From assembly GCA_964641015.1 (NCBI GenBank), contig CAZXJN010000003.1, positions 1,819 to 65,818 of the forward strand: 64,000 nucleotides of DNA. Reading direction: 5' to 3'. Both the position numbers and the translations under genes were made by a program. Shown here in pieces: positions 19,898 to 28,262 of this stretch (position 1 is the stretch's first letter; each line of letters opens with the position of its first letter). The notes under the pieces were generated by a model that worked only from the letters and a program-made list of their open reading frames with translations, ran no database searches and was not told the DNA's origin. Origin of the DNA: an uncultured Candidatus Saccharibacteria bacterium. Its GTDB lineage: Bacteria; Patescibacteriota; Saccharimonadia; Saccharimonadales; JACDBH01.

Positions 19898-20833
19898 ATG
19901 TCTAAACGTAAAAAAAACCAGAAAAGTTCCTCCTGGGTTGCATACCTAGGGATGTCTTGTTTGGGTTTGCTGACAGTTGTTCTAGCCTGGCTTTTACGCG
20001 GTCGTGATATTGCCCTACTAAATCCTAAAGGTACTATCGCTGACGAACAGTATTGGCTGCTAGTGGTCTCGACCTCTATCATGGTGGCCTTTGCCGCAAT
20101 AGTTTTATTCTTTATCTATTTCTTCGCATGGCGCTACCGGGAGACAAATGACAAGGTTGCGCATAAACCTCAGGCCGGGCGGAGCAAGCTCCTGCTGCTC
20201 ACTGCTTGGGCTGCACCAATCACCATATTCGTTGTACTATCCGGAATAATGCTGCCCGCCACCCAGAAGCTAGAGCCGCAACGGTCCATCCAGGCTGAAA
20301 ATGAGGAAATGACAATCCGGGTTATCGCTATGAGATGGAAGTGGCTGTTTTTGTACCCAGAGCAGGATATTGCTACGGTTAACTACGTTCAGATACCGGT
20401 TGATACGCCAGTACGTTTTGAGCTGACGGCTGATGAGGCGCCGATGCAGTCGTTCTGGATTCCGCATCTTGGTGGTATGCTGTACGCAATGACAGAGCAT
20501 ATCAACCCGCTCAATCTTATGGCGCACACAATCGGTGAGTACGACGGCGGTGCTGCCGAAATAAACGGCCATGGTTTTGCGGGCATGCGGTTCAAAGCCG
20601 AGGTCACGAGCCGGGCGGATTTTGATAGCTGGGTAAGTCAAGTGGCACGTGAATCCGAGGAGCTGGATGCAGCCCGCTACGCGCAGCTTCTGGAGCCGAC
20701 AGAGTTTGAGCCTGTTGCTAAGTTTAGTAGCCCTGCAAACAGGGATTTATTTGATGCTTTAGTTAAAAAATATGCCGGATCACATAGCCATTATGGAGAT
20801 TCCGGCGAGTCAGAATCCGAGGGGCATCACTAG
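19898..20833 (+). CDS. cyoA: Cytochrome o-type quinol oxidase subunit II (no CuA ligands)
   Basis: Two N-terminal TM helices plus a cupredoxin domain. FWIPHLGG is conserved, but the CuA Cys positions are replaced (GGAAEINGHGFAGM), as in quinol oxidases. Confidence 0.85.
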   Translation: MSKRKKNQKSSSWVAYLGMSCLGLLTVVLAWLLRGRDIALLNPKGTIADEQYWLLVVSTSIMVAFAAIVLFFIYFFAWRYRETNDKVAHKPQAGRSKLLLLTAWAAPITIFVVLSGIMLPATQKLEPQRSIQAENEEMTIRVIAMRWKWLFLYPEQDIATVNYVQIPVDTPVRFELTADEAPMQSFWIPHLGGMLYAMTEHINPLNLMAHTIGEYDGGAAEINGHGFAGMRFKAEVTSRADFDSWVSQVARESEELDAARYAQLLEPTEFEPVAKFSSPANRDLFDALVKKYAGSHSHYGDSGESESEGHH

Positions 20834-22915
20834 ATGAGAGATTTTCTGCTAGGCAAACTTGACGGCAGCGCACTGCCACATGAATGGCACACGATTGCCG
20901 GCTCAATTACGTTTATTTTGATGGGTCTTGGCATCATCGGCTTTATTACTTATAAGAAACGCTGGACCTGGCTATGGAAAGAGTGGCTGACCACAGTTGA
21001 TCCAAAGAAAATCGGTATCATGTACTTTATCGCCGGTGGCGCCATGCTGCTGCGCGGCGGCCTTGACGCAGTCATGCTTTGGCTGCAGCAGGCTATAGCT
21101 TCCGGCAACGGTGGCTACCTGTCGGCCCAGCACTTCCAGGAAATCTTTACCGCCCACGGCAACATCATGGTTTTCTTTGTGGCCATGGCGCTGATATTCG
21201 GCTTTGTTAACTATATTGTTCCGCTGCAGATAGGTGCCCGTGACCTTGCATCCCCCTTCTTAAACACCTTAGGCTTCTGGCTGTATATCGCTGGTGTCGT
21301 CATGATAAACATGTTCTTTTTCCTGGGCGGCGAATATGCGGCGGCTGGCTGGCTGGCTGTTGCACCGCTTTCTGGTCCGGAGTTCAGCCCTGGCGTGGGT
21401 ATGGATTACTGGGTGTGGAGCCTGCAGATATCCGGCGTCGGTACTACTTTAGGTGGTATTAACTTTATTATGACTATCCTGAAGATGCGCGCTAAGGGCA
21501 TGACGCTGTTTAAGATGCCATTATTTACCTGGGGCAGCCTGTGCAGCATGCTCATGGTGGTGACGGTGTTCCCTCTTCTTACTATGACAATTTTCCTACT
21601 ATTCTTTGATCGCTACCTTGGAACGCATTTCTTTACTACTGTTGGCGGCGGTAACCCGATGATGTACACCAACTTGATCTGGATGTGGGGTCACCCTGAG
21701 GTTTATATTATTATGCTGCCTTCATTTGGTATTTTCTCTGAAGTCGTTACTACTTTTAGCCGCAAGCCAGTCGCTTTTTATAAGGCGGCGGTGGCTGGAA
21801 TTATTGGTGTGGCGACCATTTCCTTGCTAGTTTGGCTGCACCACTTCTTTACTATGGGTGCAGGCGCGAACGTCAACTCAGCCTTCGGTATTGCCACTAT
21901 GCTGATCGGTATACCGACTACGGTTCTGATGTTCAACTGGATTGCCACCATGTACAAAGGACGCATACGTTTTACTACGCCGATGCTATGGTTCCTCGCC
22001 TTTGTAGGCGTGTTCGCTATTGGCGGTATAACCGGAATCCTGCTGGCTATTCCTCCGGTTGATTTCCAGCTGCATAACAGCTTGTTCCTGGTCGCTCATT
22101 TCCACTCTACTGCCGTCGGCGGCGTGCTGTTTGGTATATTTGCGGGCTTTACCTTCTGGTTCCCAAAGATGACTGGCATACGCCTGAACGAACGCATCGG
22201 TCGCTACTCTGTCTGGGCCTGGGTGGTTGGCTTCTTCGTATCATTTACGCCGCTTTACATACTTGGACTAATGGGTGCAACCAGACGGCTTGACCGCTAC
22301 GATGCGGCCACCGGCTGGCAGCCATTCTTTATAATTTCGCTGATCGGCAGCCTGATTATCTGTTTTGGTGTAGCGCTTCAGATCATCCAGATCATTGCCA
22401 GCTATATGCAGAAGCGCCGGCTGGCTGACACTACTGGTGATCCATGGGACGGCCGCAACCTCGAATGGTCTATGCAGTCGCCTCCACCAAGCTATAACTT
22501 TGCTGTCGTTCCAGAGGTTAAGACCCGTGATGCATTCTGGGAAATGAAGCGGCTGAACCTGCCAAAACCAAAATACGAAGATATTCATATGCCTAAAAAC
22601 ACTGCTACCGGCATCTACATATCCATATTCGCTTTCCTGATGGGCTTTGGTTTCGTCTGGGAAATGAACTGGCTGGCACTCGTGTCCGTTATCGGTATGA
22701 TTGTTGTCGGAGTGGTAAGAATGTTTGACGAAAATACCGAATACACCATACCTGCCGAAGTCGTAGAAAAAATGGAGGAAATAAGTGCCGAAGAAAATAG
22801 GCAGCTAGAGAGAGAGCGTGTCAGTGCTGCTGATGAAGAAGATATGGGTCTGATTGAATTTATTAAACTGTCAGTGTCCTGGGCATTCGGACTCTTGAAG
22901 CGGAGCAAGCGATGA
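20834..22915 (+). CDS. cyoB: Heme-copper quinol oxidase subunit I
   Basis: 693-aa polytopic protein with WMWGHPEVYIIMLP and HHFFTMG signatures. Confidence 0.95.
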   Translation: MRDFLLGKLDGSALPHEWHTIAGSITFILMGLGIIGFITYKKRWTWLWKEWLTTVDPKKIGIMYFIAGGAMLLRGGLDAVMLWLQQAIASGNGGYLSAQHFQEIFTAHGNIMVFFVAMALIFGFVNYIVPLQIGARDLASPFLNTLGFWLYIAGVVMINMFFFLGGEYAAAGWLAVAPLSGPEFSPGVGMDYWVWSLQISGVGTTLGGINFIMTILKMRAKGMTLFKMPLFTWGSLCSMLMVVTVFPLLTMTIFLLFFDRYLGTHFFTTVGGGNPMMYTNLIWMWGHPEVYIIMLPSFGIFSEVVTTFSRKPVAFYKAAVAGIIGVATISLLVWLHHFFTMGAGANVNSAFGIATMLIGIPTTVLMFNWIATMYKGRIRFTTPMLWFLAFVGVFAIGGITGILLAIPPVDFQLHNSLFLVAHFHSTAVGGVLFGIFAGFTFWFPKMTGIRLNERIGRYSVWAWVVGFFVSFTPLYILGLMGATRRLDRYDAATGWQPFFIISLIGSLIICFGVALQIIQIIASYMQKRRLADTTGDPWDGRNLEWSMQSPPPSYNFAVVPEVKTRDAFWEMKRLNLPKPKYEDIHMPKNTATGIYISIFAFLMGFGFVWEMNWLALVSVIGMIVVGVVRMFDENTEYTIPAEVVEKMEEISAEENRQLERERVSAADEEDMGLIEFIKLSVSWAFGLLKRSKR

Positions 22916-22917
22916 GT

Positions 22918-23021
22918 CCCGTTACACTCCAAAAGATTTACAACCCCTACTGTGCGGCTGAATCCTGGTACTTACTTCAATCGTTCTTCAAACAAAAGAC
23001 AATTAAGTGGAGTGTAACGGG
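22918..23021 (+). promoter_or_regulatory. 13-bp perfect inverted repeat spanning the cyoB-cyoC spacer; the right arm contains the cyoC RBS
   Basis: CCCGTTACACTCC (22918-22930) pairs with GGAGTGTAACGGG (23009-23021). The ATG follows at 23022. Confidence 0.5.
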
Positions 23022-23624
23022 ATGAGTTCTGAGCATAATTCTGTAGCCAAAAACGAGCATGCTGAAGCCCAAACCGACCGAATAATGTTTGGCTTCTGGG
23101 TTTATCTGATGACTGACCTTTTGATGTTCGGAGTACTTTTTGCAGTATTTGCAGTGCTCAGAAACAACACTATGGGCGGTCCTGGCGGAAGCGAACTGTT
23201 CAGCCTGCCGCTGGCGCTAACCTTCACCCTGGTTCTGTTGACCAGCAGCTTTACCGCAGGCATTGGTATGATTTATGCCAAACGTGGTTTGAAACGGCCG
23301 ACGTTAGCGTGGTTCGGTCTGACCTTTCTGCTGGGCTTAATCTTTCTTGGTCTTGAACTATATGAGTTTGCCGAGTTAATCCATAAGGGGCAGACACTGA
23401 CGGTTAATGCCTTCCTGTCCTCGTTCTTTATTCTGGTTGGTACGCATGGGCTGCATATTCTGTCGGGCTTGATATGGCTGGGCGTCTTGCTGGCTTATGT
23501 TGCAAAACGTGGTCTGACATACACCAACGTCCGAAAGTTAGCCTTACTTAGCCTTTTCTGGCATTTCCTGGATATTGTCTGGATATTTATATTTACGGTT
23601 GTTTATTTGATGTCGTTTGTTTAA
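23022..23624 (+). CDS. cyoC: Quinol oxidase subunit III
   Basis: FGFWVYLMTDLLMF and HGLHILSG signatures. The ATG at 23022 is preferred over the GTG at 23007. Confidence 0.85.
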   Translation: MSSEHNSVAKNEHAEAQTDRIMFGFWVYLMTDLLMFGVLFAVFAVLRNNTMGGPGGSELFSLPLALTFTLVLLTSSFTAGIGMIYAKRGLKRPTLAWFGLTFLLGLIFLGLELYEFAELIHKGQTLTVNAFLSSFFILVGTHGLHILSGLIWLGVLLAYVAKRGLTYTNVRKLALLSLFWHFLDIVWIFIFTVVYLMSFV

Positions 23625-23651
23625 GCCCAAGTAGGAATCCAAAGAAAGCAT

Positions 23652-24341
23652 ATGAAAGAATCACATAGCAAAAAGCACACAGCAAATGATGAGCATGGCA
23701 CAATATCATCATATGTCATTGGCTTTATACTGTCGTTGATATTTACCATCATTCCTTATTTTATGGTGGTTAATAAAGTGCTAACTGGCAATTCCCTGCT
23801 GTTGATGATTCTGGGTATTGGTGTCCTGCAGATGATTATCCAGCTAGTGTTTTTCCTGCATCTTGGACGCGGTCCAAAGCCGTTTTATAATGTTGTTTTC
23901 TTCTTTGCGACAGCTATGACAATAGTCGTGGTTATAGGCGCGTCGATATTTATTATGGACAACCTGTACCGGACAATGTCGCCTCAAGAGTTTGTTATCC
24001 GACAAGCCCAGGGTGAAAACATAGCACAAATCAGCGGCAACGAAACTGGCGCGTGCGTAGAGCTGCGCAATACCCATGTGGTTACGATTAACGGCGGCAT
24101 GGCTACACCTGATGCTGTTGAGGCCCAACGTTGCGACACGATCTCTTTTGTTAACGAAGATTTTTTCGAACACGAAATAGCCTTTGGCAACCATCCCGAG
24201 GACACCAGCTACGGCGGACTGTTCGAACTCTTGGTAGAGAGCGGAAAGACCGAAATAATGACGCTTAACGAGGTTGGTGAATTTATGATTCATGGACATA
24301 GTGACGCTAGCTTGATAATAAACCTGGTTGTTACACAGTAG
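23652..24341 (+). CDS. cyoD: Quinol oxidase subunit IV (CyoD) fused to a ~120-aa C-terminal soluble domain
   Basis: Residues 1-105 form three TM helices like CyoD (SYVIGFILSLIFTIIPY...). Residues ~110-229 are hydrophilic and have a cupredoxin-like strand pattern (THVVTINGGMATPDAVEAQRCDTISFVNEDFFEHEIAF). Confidence 0.75.
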   Translation: MKESHSKKHTANDEHGTISSYVIGFILSLIFTIIPYFMVVNKVLTGNSLLLMILGIGVLQMIIQLVFFLHLGRGPKPFYNVVFFFATAMTIVVVIGASIFIMDNLYRTMSPQEFVIRQAQGENIAQISGNETGACVELRNTHVVTINGGMATPDAVEAQRCDTISFVNEDFFEHEIAFGNHPEDTSYGGLFELLVESGKTEIMTLNEVGEFMIHGHSDASLIINLVVTQ

Positions 24342-24488
24342 CCCGTCTCTTTTAGTCGTCCACACTAGCTTTAACAGATGTAATCTGTTAAAATCCGTAT
24401 TCGAGCCCCTTAGTTATGTAGCGGTATTTGCATCGTGAAGCTATAACGTCCGAAACAGACGTTAAACTAAGGTTTAAAATATAGATAG

Positions 24489-24563
24489 TGGGTCGTCGCC
24501 AAGTGGTAAGGCACCGGGTTTTGGTCCCGGCATTCGGGGGTTCGAATCCCTCCGACCCAGCCA
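24489..24563 (+). tRNA. tRNA-Gln (anticodon UUG), CCA encoded
   Basis: It folds by hand into a cloverleaf: acceptor TGGGTCG/CGACCCA, anticodon stem CCGGG/CCCGG with loop TTTTGGT, T-arm GGGGGTTCGAATCCCTC. It closely parallels E. coli tRNA-Gln. Confidence 0.93.
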
Positions 24564-24784
24564 AAAAATAAACCCGTACTGCTTAGTCGCAGACGGGATC
24601 ATTTTTTGGCTGCAGCTGTTGAACGAAGCTCGAACCGTTTTCGAGCGAGATAATTAAATCCCGCCCCGCGGCTCCCTCCGCCAGCATAGCTGGCTGCCCA
24701 AACCAAAAATTTTTCTGCATATTTTTTGAATTTCGGCGGGTGGTTTTTCTTTTAATAAGGAATTGAAAAATATTTTGGTTTACC
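24558..24784. repeat. Left arm of the 227/228-bp inverted repeat (includes the last 6 nt of tRNA-Gln and its terminator hairpin at 24573-24607)
   Basis: It is the reverse complement of 28263-28490 with one 1-nt indel seen by eye. The same peptide appears in ORFs 24583..24861(-) and 28261..28464(+). Confidence 0.9.
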
Positions 24785-24885
24785 GAGCCAGCCTTACAAT
24801 TACACCATTTTTCTGGTAACATTGTAATGTAGTTTGAGGTCAGTTTTCTCATTCCACTCATACAATTTAATGTTACTATTTTAAT

Positions 24886-25080
24886 ATGGTAGAGTCAAAC
24901 AAAGTAAAGAAATTACGAGAAAAATTAGGATTATCCCAGGAAAGGCTGGCTCGGTTAGCCGATGTTTCAAATAATACGATTATCAACATCGAGTCCGGCA
25001 AGCAACAAAACCCAACAATAGAAACTGTAAAAAAGATCGCCAACGCTCTCGGTGTATCGATTGAGGAGCTTGTAAAGTAA
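24886..25080 (+). CDS. XRE-family HTH protein, probable R-M controller (C) protein
   Basis: 64-aa HTH_3 pattern (LREKLGLSQERLARLADVSNNTIINIESGK). It lies directly upstream of the methyltransferase, with stop and start abutting at 25078-25082. Confidence 0.75.
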   Translation: MVESNKVKKLREKLGLSQERLARLADVSNNTIINIESGKQQNPTIETVKKIANALGVSIEELVK

Positions 25081-25832
25081 TGAAACTGCAATACCCTGAT
25101 GACTTCATCAACAAAAACATCTGTGGTGATGTCATTGAGGTAATGAAAAAAATTCCTGATGGTTCGGTGGATCTTGTTGTAACATCACCACCCTACAATC
25201 TGAAAAACTCAACAGGAAATGGAATGAAAGACGGGCGTGGTGGCAAATGGGCAAATGCCGCTTTGCAAAACGGTTACTCTCATCACGAGGACTCAATGCC
25301 GCATGATGAATACGTCAAATGGCAACGAGACTGCCTTACGGAAATGATGCGCGTAATCCCCGAAGACGGAGCAATTTTCTACAACCACAAGTGGCGAGTT
25401 CAGGGCGGTCTCTTGCAAGATCGTCAAGACATCGTTGAGGGTTTTCCTGTCAGACAAATCATCATCTGGAGGCGCAAGGGTGGTTTTAACTTCAATCCTG
25501 GCTACTTCCTGCCAACTTACGAAGTTATTTATCTCATTGCAAAACCAAAATTCAAGTTATTGCCAAAGAAAAACGGAGTTGGCGATGTTTGGGAGTTTAC
25601 TCAGGACATGAACAACAAGCACCCTGCACCATTTCCTTTGATGATGATCGACAGAATTATCTCATCGACAGATGCAAAAGTTGTTCTTGACCCATTCATG
25701 GGATCAGGCACTACTGCCATTGCTGCCATCAATAATGACCGCGACTACATAGGTATAGATGTCTCACCTGAGTATTGTGAAATGGCAGACAAAAGAATCA
25801 AACAAGAGACTGCGCAAGCGAGGTTAATATGA
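25080..25832 (+). CDS. Beta-class amino DNA methyltransferase (N4-cytosine or N6-adenine)
   Basis: Motif IV (DLVVTSPPYN) is near the N-terminus and motif I (DPFMGSGTT) near the C-terminus, which is the beta permutation. Confidence 0.9.
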   Translation: MKLQYPDDFINKNICGDVIEVMKKIPDGSVDLVVTSPPYNLKNSTGNGMKDGRGGKWANAALQNGYSHHEDSMPHDEYVKWQRDCLTEMMRVIPEDGAIFYNHKWRVQGGLLQDRQDIVEGFPVRQIIIWRRKGGFNFNPGYFLPTYEVIYLIAKPKFKLLPKKNGVGDVWEFTQDMNNKHPAPFPLMMIDRIISSTDAKVVLDPFMGSGTTAIAAINNDRDYIGIDVSPEYCEMADKRIKQETAQARLI

Positions 25833-26626
25833 GCGATCAACCATTTACTTACACAAAAGAAGAGCTGATAAAGCGATTCAAAGAAATTGCTGCAATGGGT
25901 TGGGTGCCAAATGGCCGGCACGGAAATCATGGCGGTATTGGCAATACACTCGAAGATCTTTTGGGTATCGAAGAAAACAATCTACCGATTCCGAATGCCG
26001 CCGAATGGGAGCTGAAAGCTCAACGCCTCAACTCAACCTCACTAACTACAATGTTTCACATAGAGCCATCACCTCGCGCTATTCGTTTTGTGCCACAGGT
26101 CTTACTGCCAAAATATGGTTGGGCACATCAGGAAGCCGGCAAGAAATATCCCAAAGATGAAATGAGTTTTCGCCAAACAATTCACGCTAATGTCAGAAGC
26201 GATAGAGGCTTTAAGGTAGAGATTGACCGGAGTGAGCGCAAAATTCGAATCTCTTTTGATGCGAACAGCGTTGATATTCGCCATAAAGATTGGCTGGATG
26301 GTGTGAAAAAGAAGATCGGGCTCGGTGAACTCGACCCACAACCATATTGGGGATTTGATGATTTGGAGCACAAGGCAGGAACGAAACTCCTGAATACCTT
26401 TTACGCCCAGGCCGAGGTTAAGAAAGAGGACGGGAAAGAGTTTTACCACTACACAAATGTCATGATGCTACAAAAGTTTAGTTTTGACGGATTCCTCAAA
26501 GCCCTTGAGGAAGGTATGATACTTGTCGATTTTGATGCACGCACTGGCCACAATCATGGTACCAAATTCAGAATGCGCCAAAATGGCTTACCGCTACTTT
26601 ACGAAAAAGCGACAACGATAATATAA
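25829..26626 (+). CDS. Probable Type II restriction endonuclease, resembling the MvaI/BcnI family
   Basis: It overlaps the MTase stop by 4 nt. The pattern GGIGNTLEDLLGIEENN...EWELKAQR...TMFHIEP and the C-terminal LVDFDAR..GHNHGTKFR resemble my recollection of BcnI/MvaI. I did not verify this by search. Confidence 0.6.
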   Translation: MSDQPFTYTKEELIKRFKEIAAMGWVPNGRHGNHGGIGNTLEDLLGIEENNLPIPNAAEWELKAQRLNSTSLTTMFHIEPSPRAIRFVPQVLLPKYGWAHQEAGKKYPKDEMSFRQTIHANVRSDRGFKVEIDRSERKIRISFDANSVDIRHKDWLDGVKKKIGLGELDPQPYWGFDDLEHKAGTKLLNTFYAQAEVKKEDGKEFYHYTNVMMLQKFSFDGFLKALEEGMILVDFDARTGHNHGTKFRMRQNGLPLLYEKATTII

Positions 26627-26777
26627 GCCACAGGGTCTATCCTACATACTGAATTATCAAGGTTCGATTCCATATCCCGTCTGGCCTTGCACTGTACTGA
26701 ATATGAATATCCGTTGGACAGATAGCATTGTGCTTGCTATGCTATGCTTATTGAATAAACACGGAGAGTGAATAGAT

Positions 26778-27161
26778 ATGCCTAAAGCTAAAATAACAAC
26801 TGACACCGGGTTAAATATAGAGGTAGATGGTACCGCAGAAGATATCAAAGCTATAATCAACTATGCCAATCAATCACTAACTACAACAAATACAGATACT
26901 TCTACGATTCAGCCTAAGAGTAACACTGTTAAAAAGAGTAGAAACCAGAAAATTGAAAACACGCCAACTTCATTGGTCCGATTGCTTGCTACAGAAAACT
27001 ATTTTAAACCGCCCAAAAGCCTACCACAAATTAAAGAAAAACTAACTGAAATGGGACATTACTACCCAATGACTTCTCTTTCTCCTGCAGTTCTAAGGCT
27101 TGTTAAAAAGAGAGAACTAAGGCGCATTAAAGACAAAAAGGGCTGGGTTTACACAATTTAA
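26778..27161 (+). CDS. Hypothetical protein with a C-terminal winged-helix-like domain (cassette gene 1)
   Basis: RBS GGAGAG, a low-complexity Thr/Asn linker, and a C-terminal module (LVRLLATENYFKPPKSLPQIKEKL...LRLVKKRELRRIKDKKGWVY). Confidence 0.55.
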   Translation: MPKAKITTDTGLNIEVDGTAEDIKAIINYANQSLTTTNTDTSTIQPKSNTVKKSRNQKIENTPTSLVRLLATENYFKPPKSLPQIKEKLTEMGHYYPMTSLSPAVLRLVKKRELRRIKDKKGWVYTI

Positions 27162-27176
27162 CCATTAGGGGGATAT

Positions 27177-27494
27177 ATGGATAAAAATGAGCTAGATGAC
27201 TTGAAAACTAGGGTTGAGAAACTTGAAAAGGCTGTCTTTGGCGACAACAAGAAAGCAGTCAGGACAAAAAAACAAACTTATGACGGGCCAAAAGGAGGAA
27301 TACTGCTCCTTATCGAAAAAGGTGCTTTGAACTCCCCGACGGCAGCTAGTCATATCCATAAGTTGCTAGAAGAGAACAATTACCATTACAGAATACAAGT
27401 TGTTCAGACGGCATTAAATCGTCTCGCCGTTTCGCGTGGTCCATTAACGGCATACAAAAAAGACGGTAAAAAAGTGTACGTGGTTCGAAAGTAG
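27177..27494 (+). CDS. Hypothetical protein with an N-terminal coiled coil and the same winged-helix-like module (cassette gene 2)
   Basis: RBS AGGGGGA. The module reads ILLLIEKGALNSPTAASHIHKLLEE...LNRLAVSRGPLTAYKKDGKKVY. Confidence 0.55.
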   Translation: MDKNELDDLKTRVEKLEKAVFGDNKKAVRTKKQTYDGPKGGILLLIEKGALNSPTAASHIHKLLEENNYHYRIQVVQTALNRLAVSRGPLTAYKKDGKKVYVVRK

Positions 27495-27499
27495 CCCAC

Positions 27500-28150
27500 A
27501 TGAATTCTAGTAATTGTATCGAATTGTTGTGGAAAGAAGGCTTTTTTATTGATGGCCGGACTTTAGGTGAAACTACAGCTCGAATTAAGGAAAAATGGAA
27601 CAACAACTTCAGCCCTGTTGATCTAAGCAAGGCTCTCGTGCGTGCGACTTTTTTGAGGCGTATGGGTAAAAGGGGTCAATATAAATACATCCAGAAGGTT
27701 AGCTATTCAGGTAAAAAGTTAGCGGCTGTAGAAGACGAACTATTTTCAAAAGAATTTGTAGAGAAAGTGGAGAAAGTTATCAAAAATGAACTTGACGATT
27801 TGCACTTAAACTTTGGTCATAGCGGGACTTGCACAGCCTTTCTGTTACGCAAAATTTTAGAGAAGCTGACATATTTAGTATTTGCCAAAAATGGCTTATC
27901 TTCAAAGATCGAAGATAAGAATTCACCTAGTAAGCTAGTTGGCCTTGAGAAGATGTTAGATACAGCATCTCAAGAAAAATTAAACGGCATCCCAATATTA
28001 GGACACAAAACGGCTCGCGAAATCAAAGGAATAAAGTTTCTCGGAGATGCGTCTGCGCACAACCCACTGTCAAACGTAGATATGGAAACTATAATCCCCC
28101 AGATGCCGTTTATTATTACGGCCTACAAGGAGTTGGCTGAAAGACTTTGA
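27500..28150 (+). CDS. Hypothetical protein with an N-terminal winged-helix-like module and a C-terminal helical domain resembling DUF4145 (cassette gene 3)
   Basis: N-terminal IELLWKEGFFIDGRTLGETTARIKEK...LVRATFLRRMGKRGQYKY. C-terminal LLRKILEKLTYLV...IKGIKFLGDASAHNP. The gap to the preceding gene is 5 nt. Confidence 0.55.
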   Translation: MNSSNCIELLWKEGFFIDGRTLGETTARIKEKWNNNFSPVDLSKALVRATFLRRMGKRGQYKYIQKVSYSGKKLAAVEDELFSKEFVEKVEKVIKNELDDLHLNFGHSGTCTAFLLRKILEKLTYLVFAKNGLSSKIEDKNSPSKLVGLEKMLDTASQEKLNGIPILGHKTAREIKGIKFLGDASAHNPLSNVDMETIIPQMPFIITAYKELAERL

Positions 28151-28262
28151 TTTTGAGCAGGCGGTCAAAAGGATAGGGGTCTGGGGAAAGGAATTTTGGA
28201 CGCCTGCTCACCGCGCCGAAGGCGTGGCAGGGGTGGGAGCGGCTCCCCACTCCGTCAGGAGT

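Noticed and set aside
24583-24861. A 92-aa ORF, and its 67-aa twin at 28261..28464, with identical peptide sequence.
   Set aside because: The identity simply reflects the inverted DNA repeat. The peptide is low-complexity and un-protein-like, it spans a terminator hairpin, and it has no RBS. I treat it as non-coding repeat sequence.
26661-26671. GGTTCGATTCC, a T-arm-like string between the endonuclease gene and the three-gene cassette. It could be a tRNA fragment or an internal att remnant.
   Set aside because: The flanking bases do not form a T-stem or an acceptor stem, and no CCA or cloverleaf can be drawn. An 11-mer alone is insufficient evidence.
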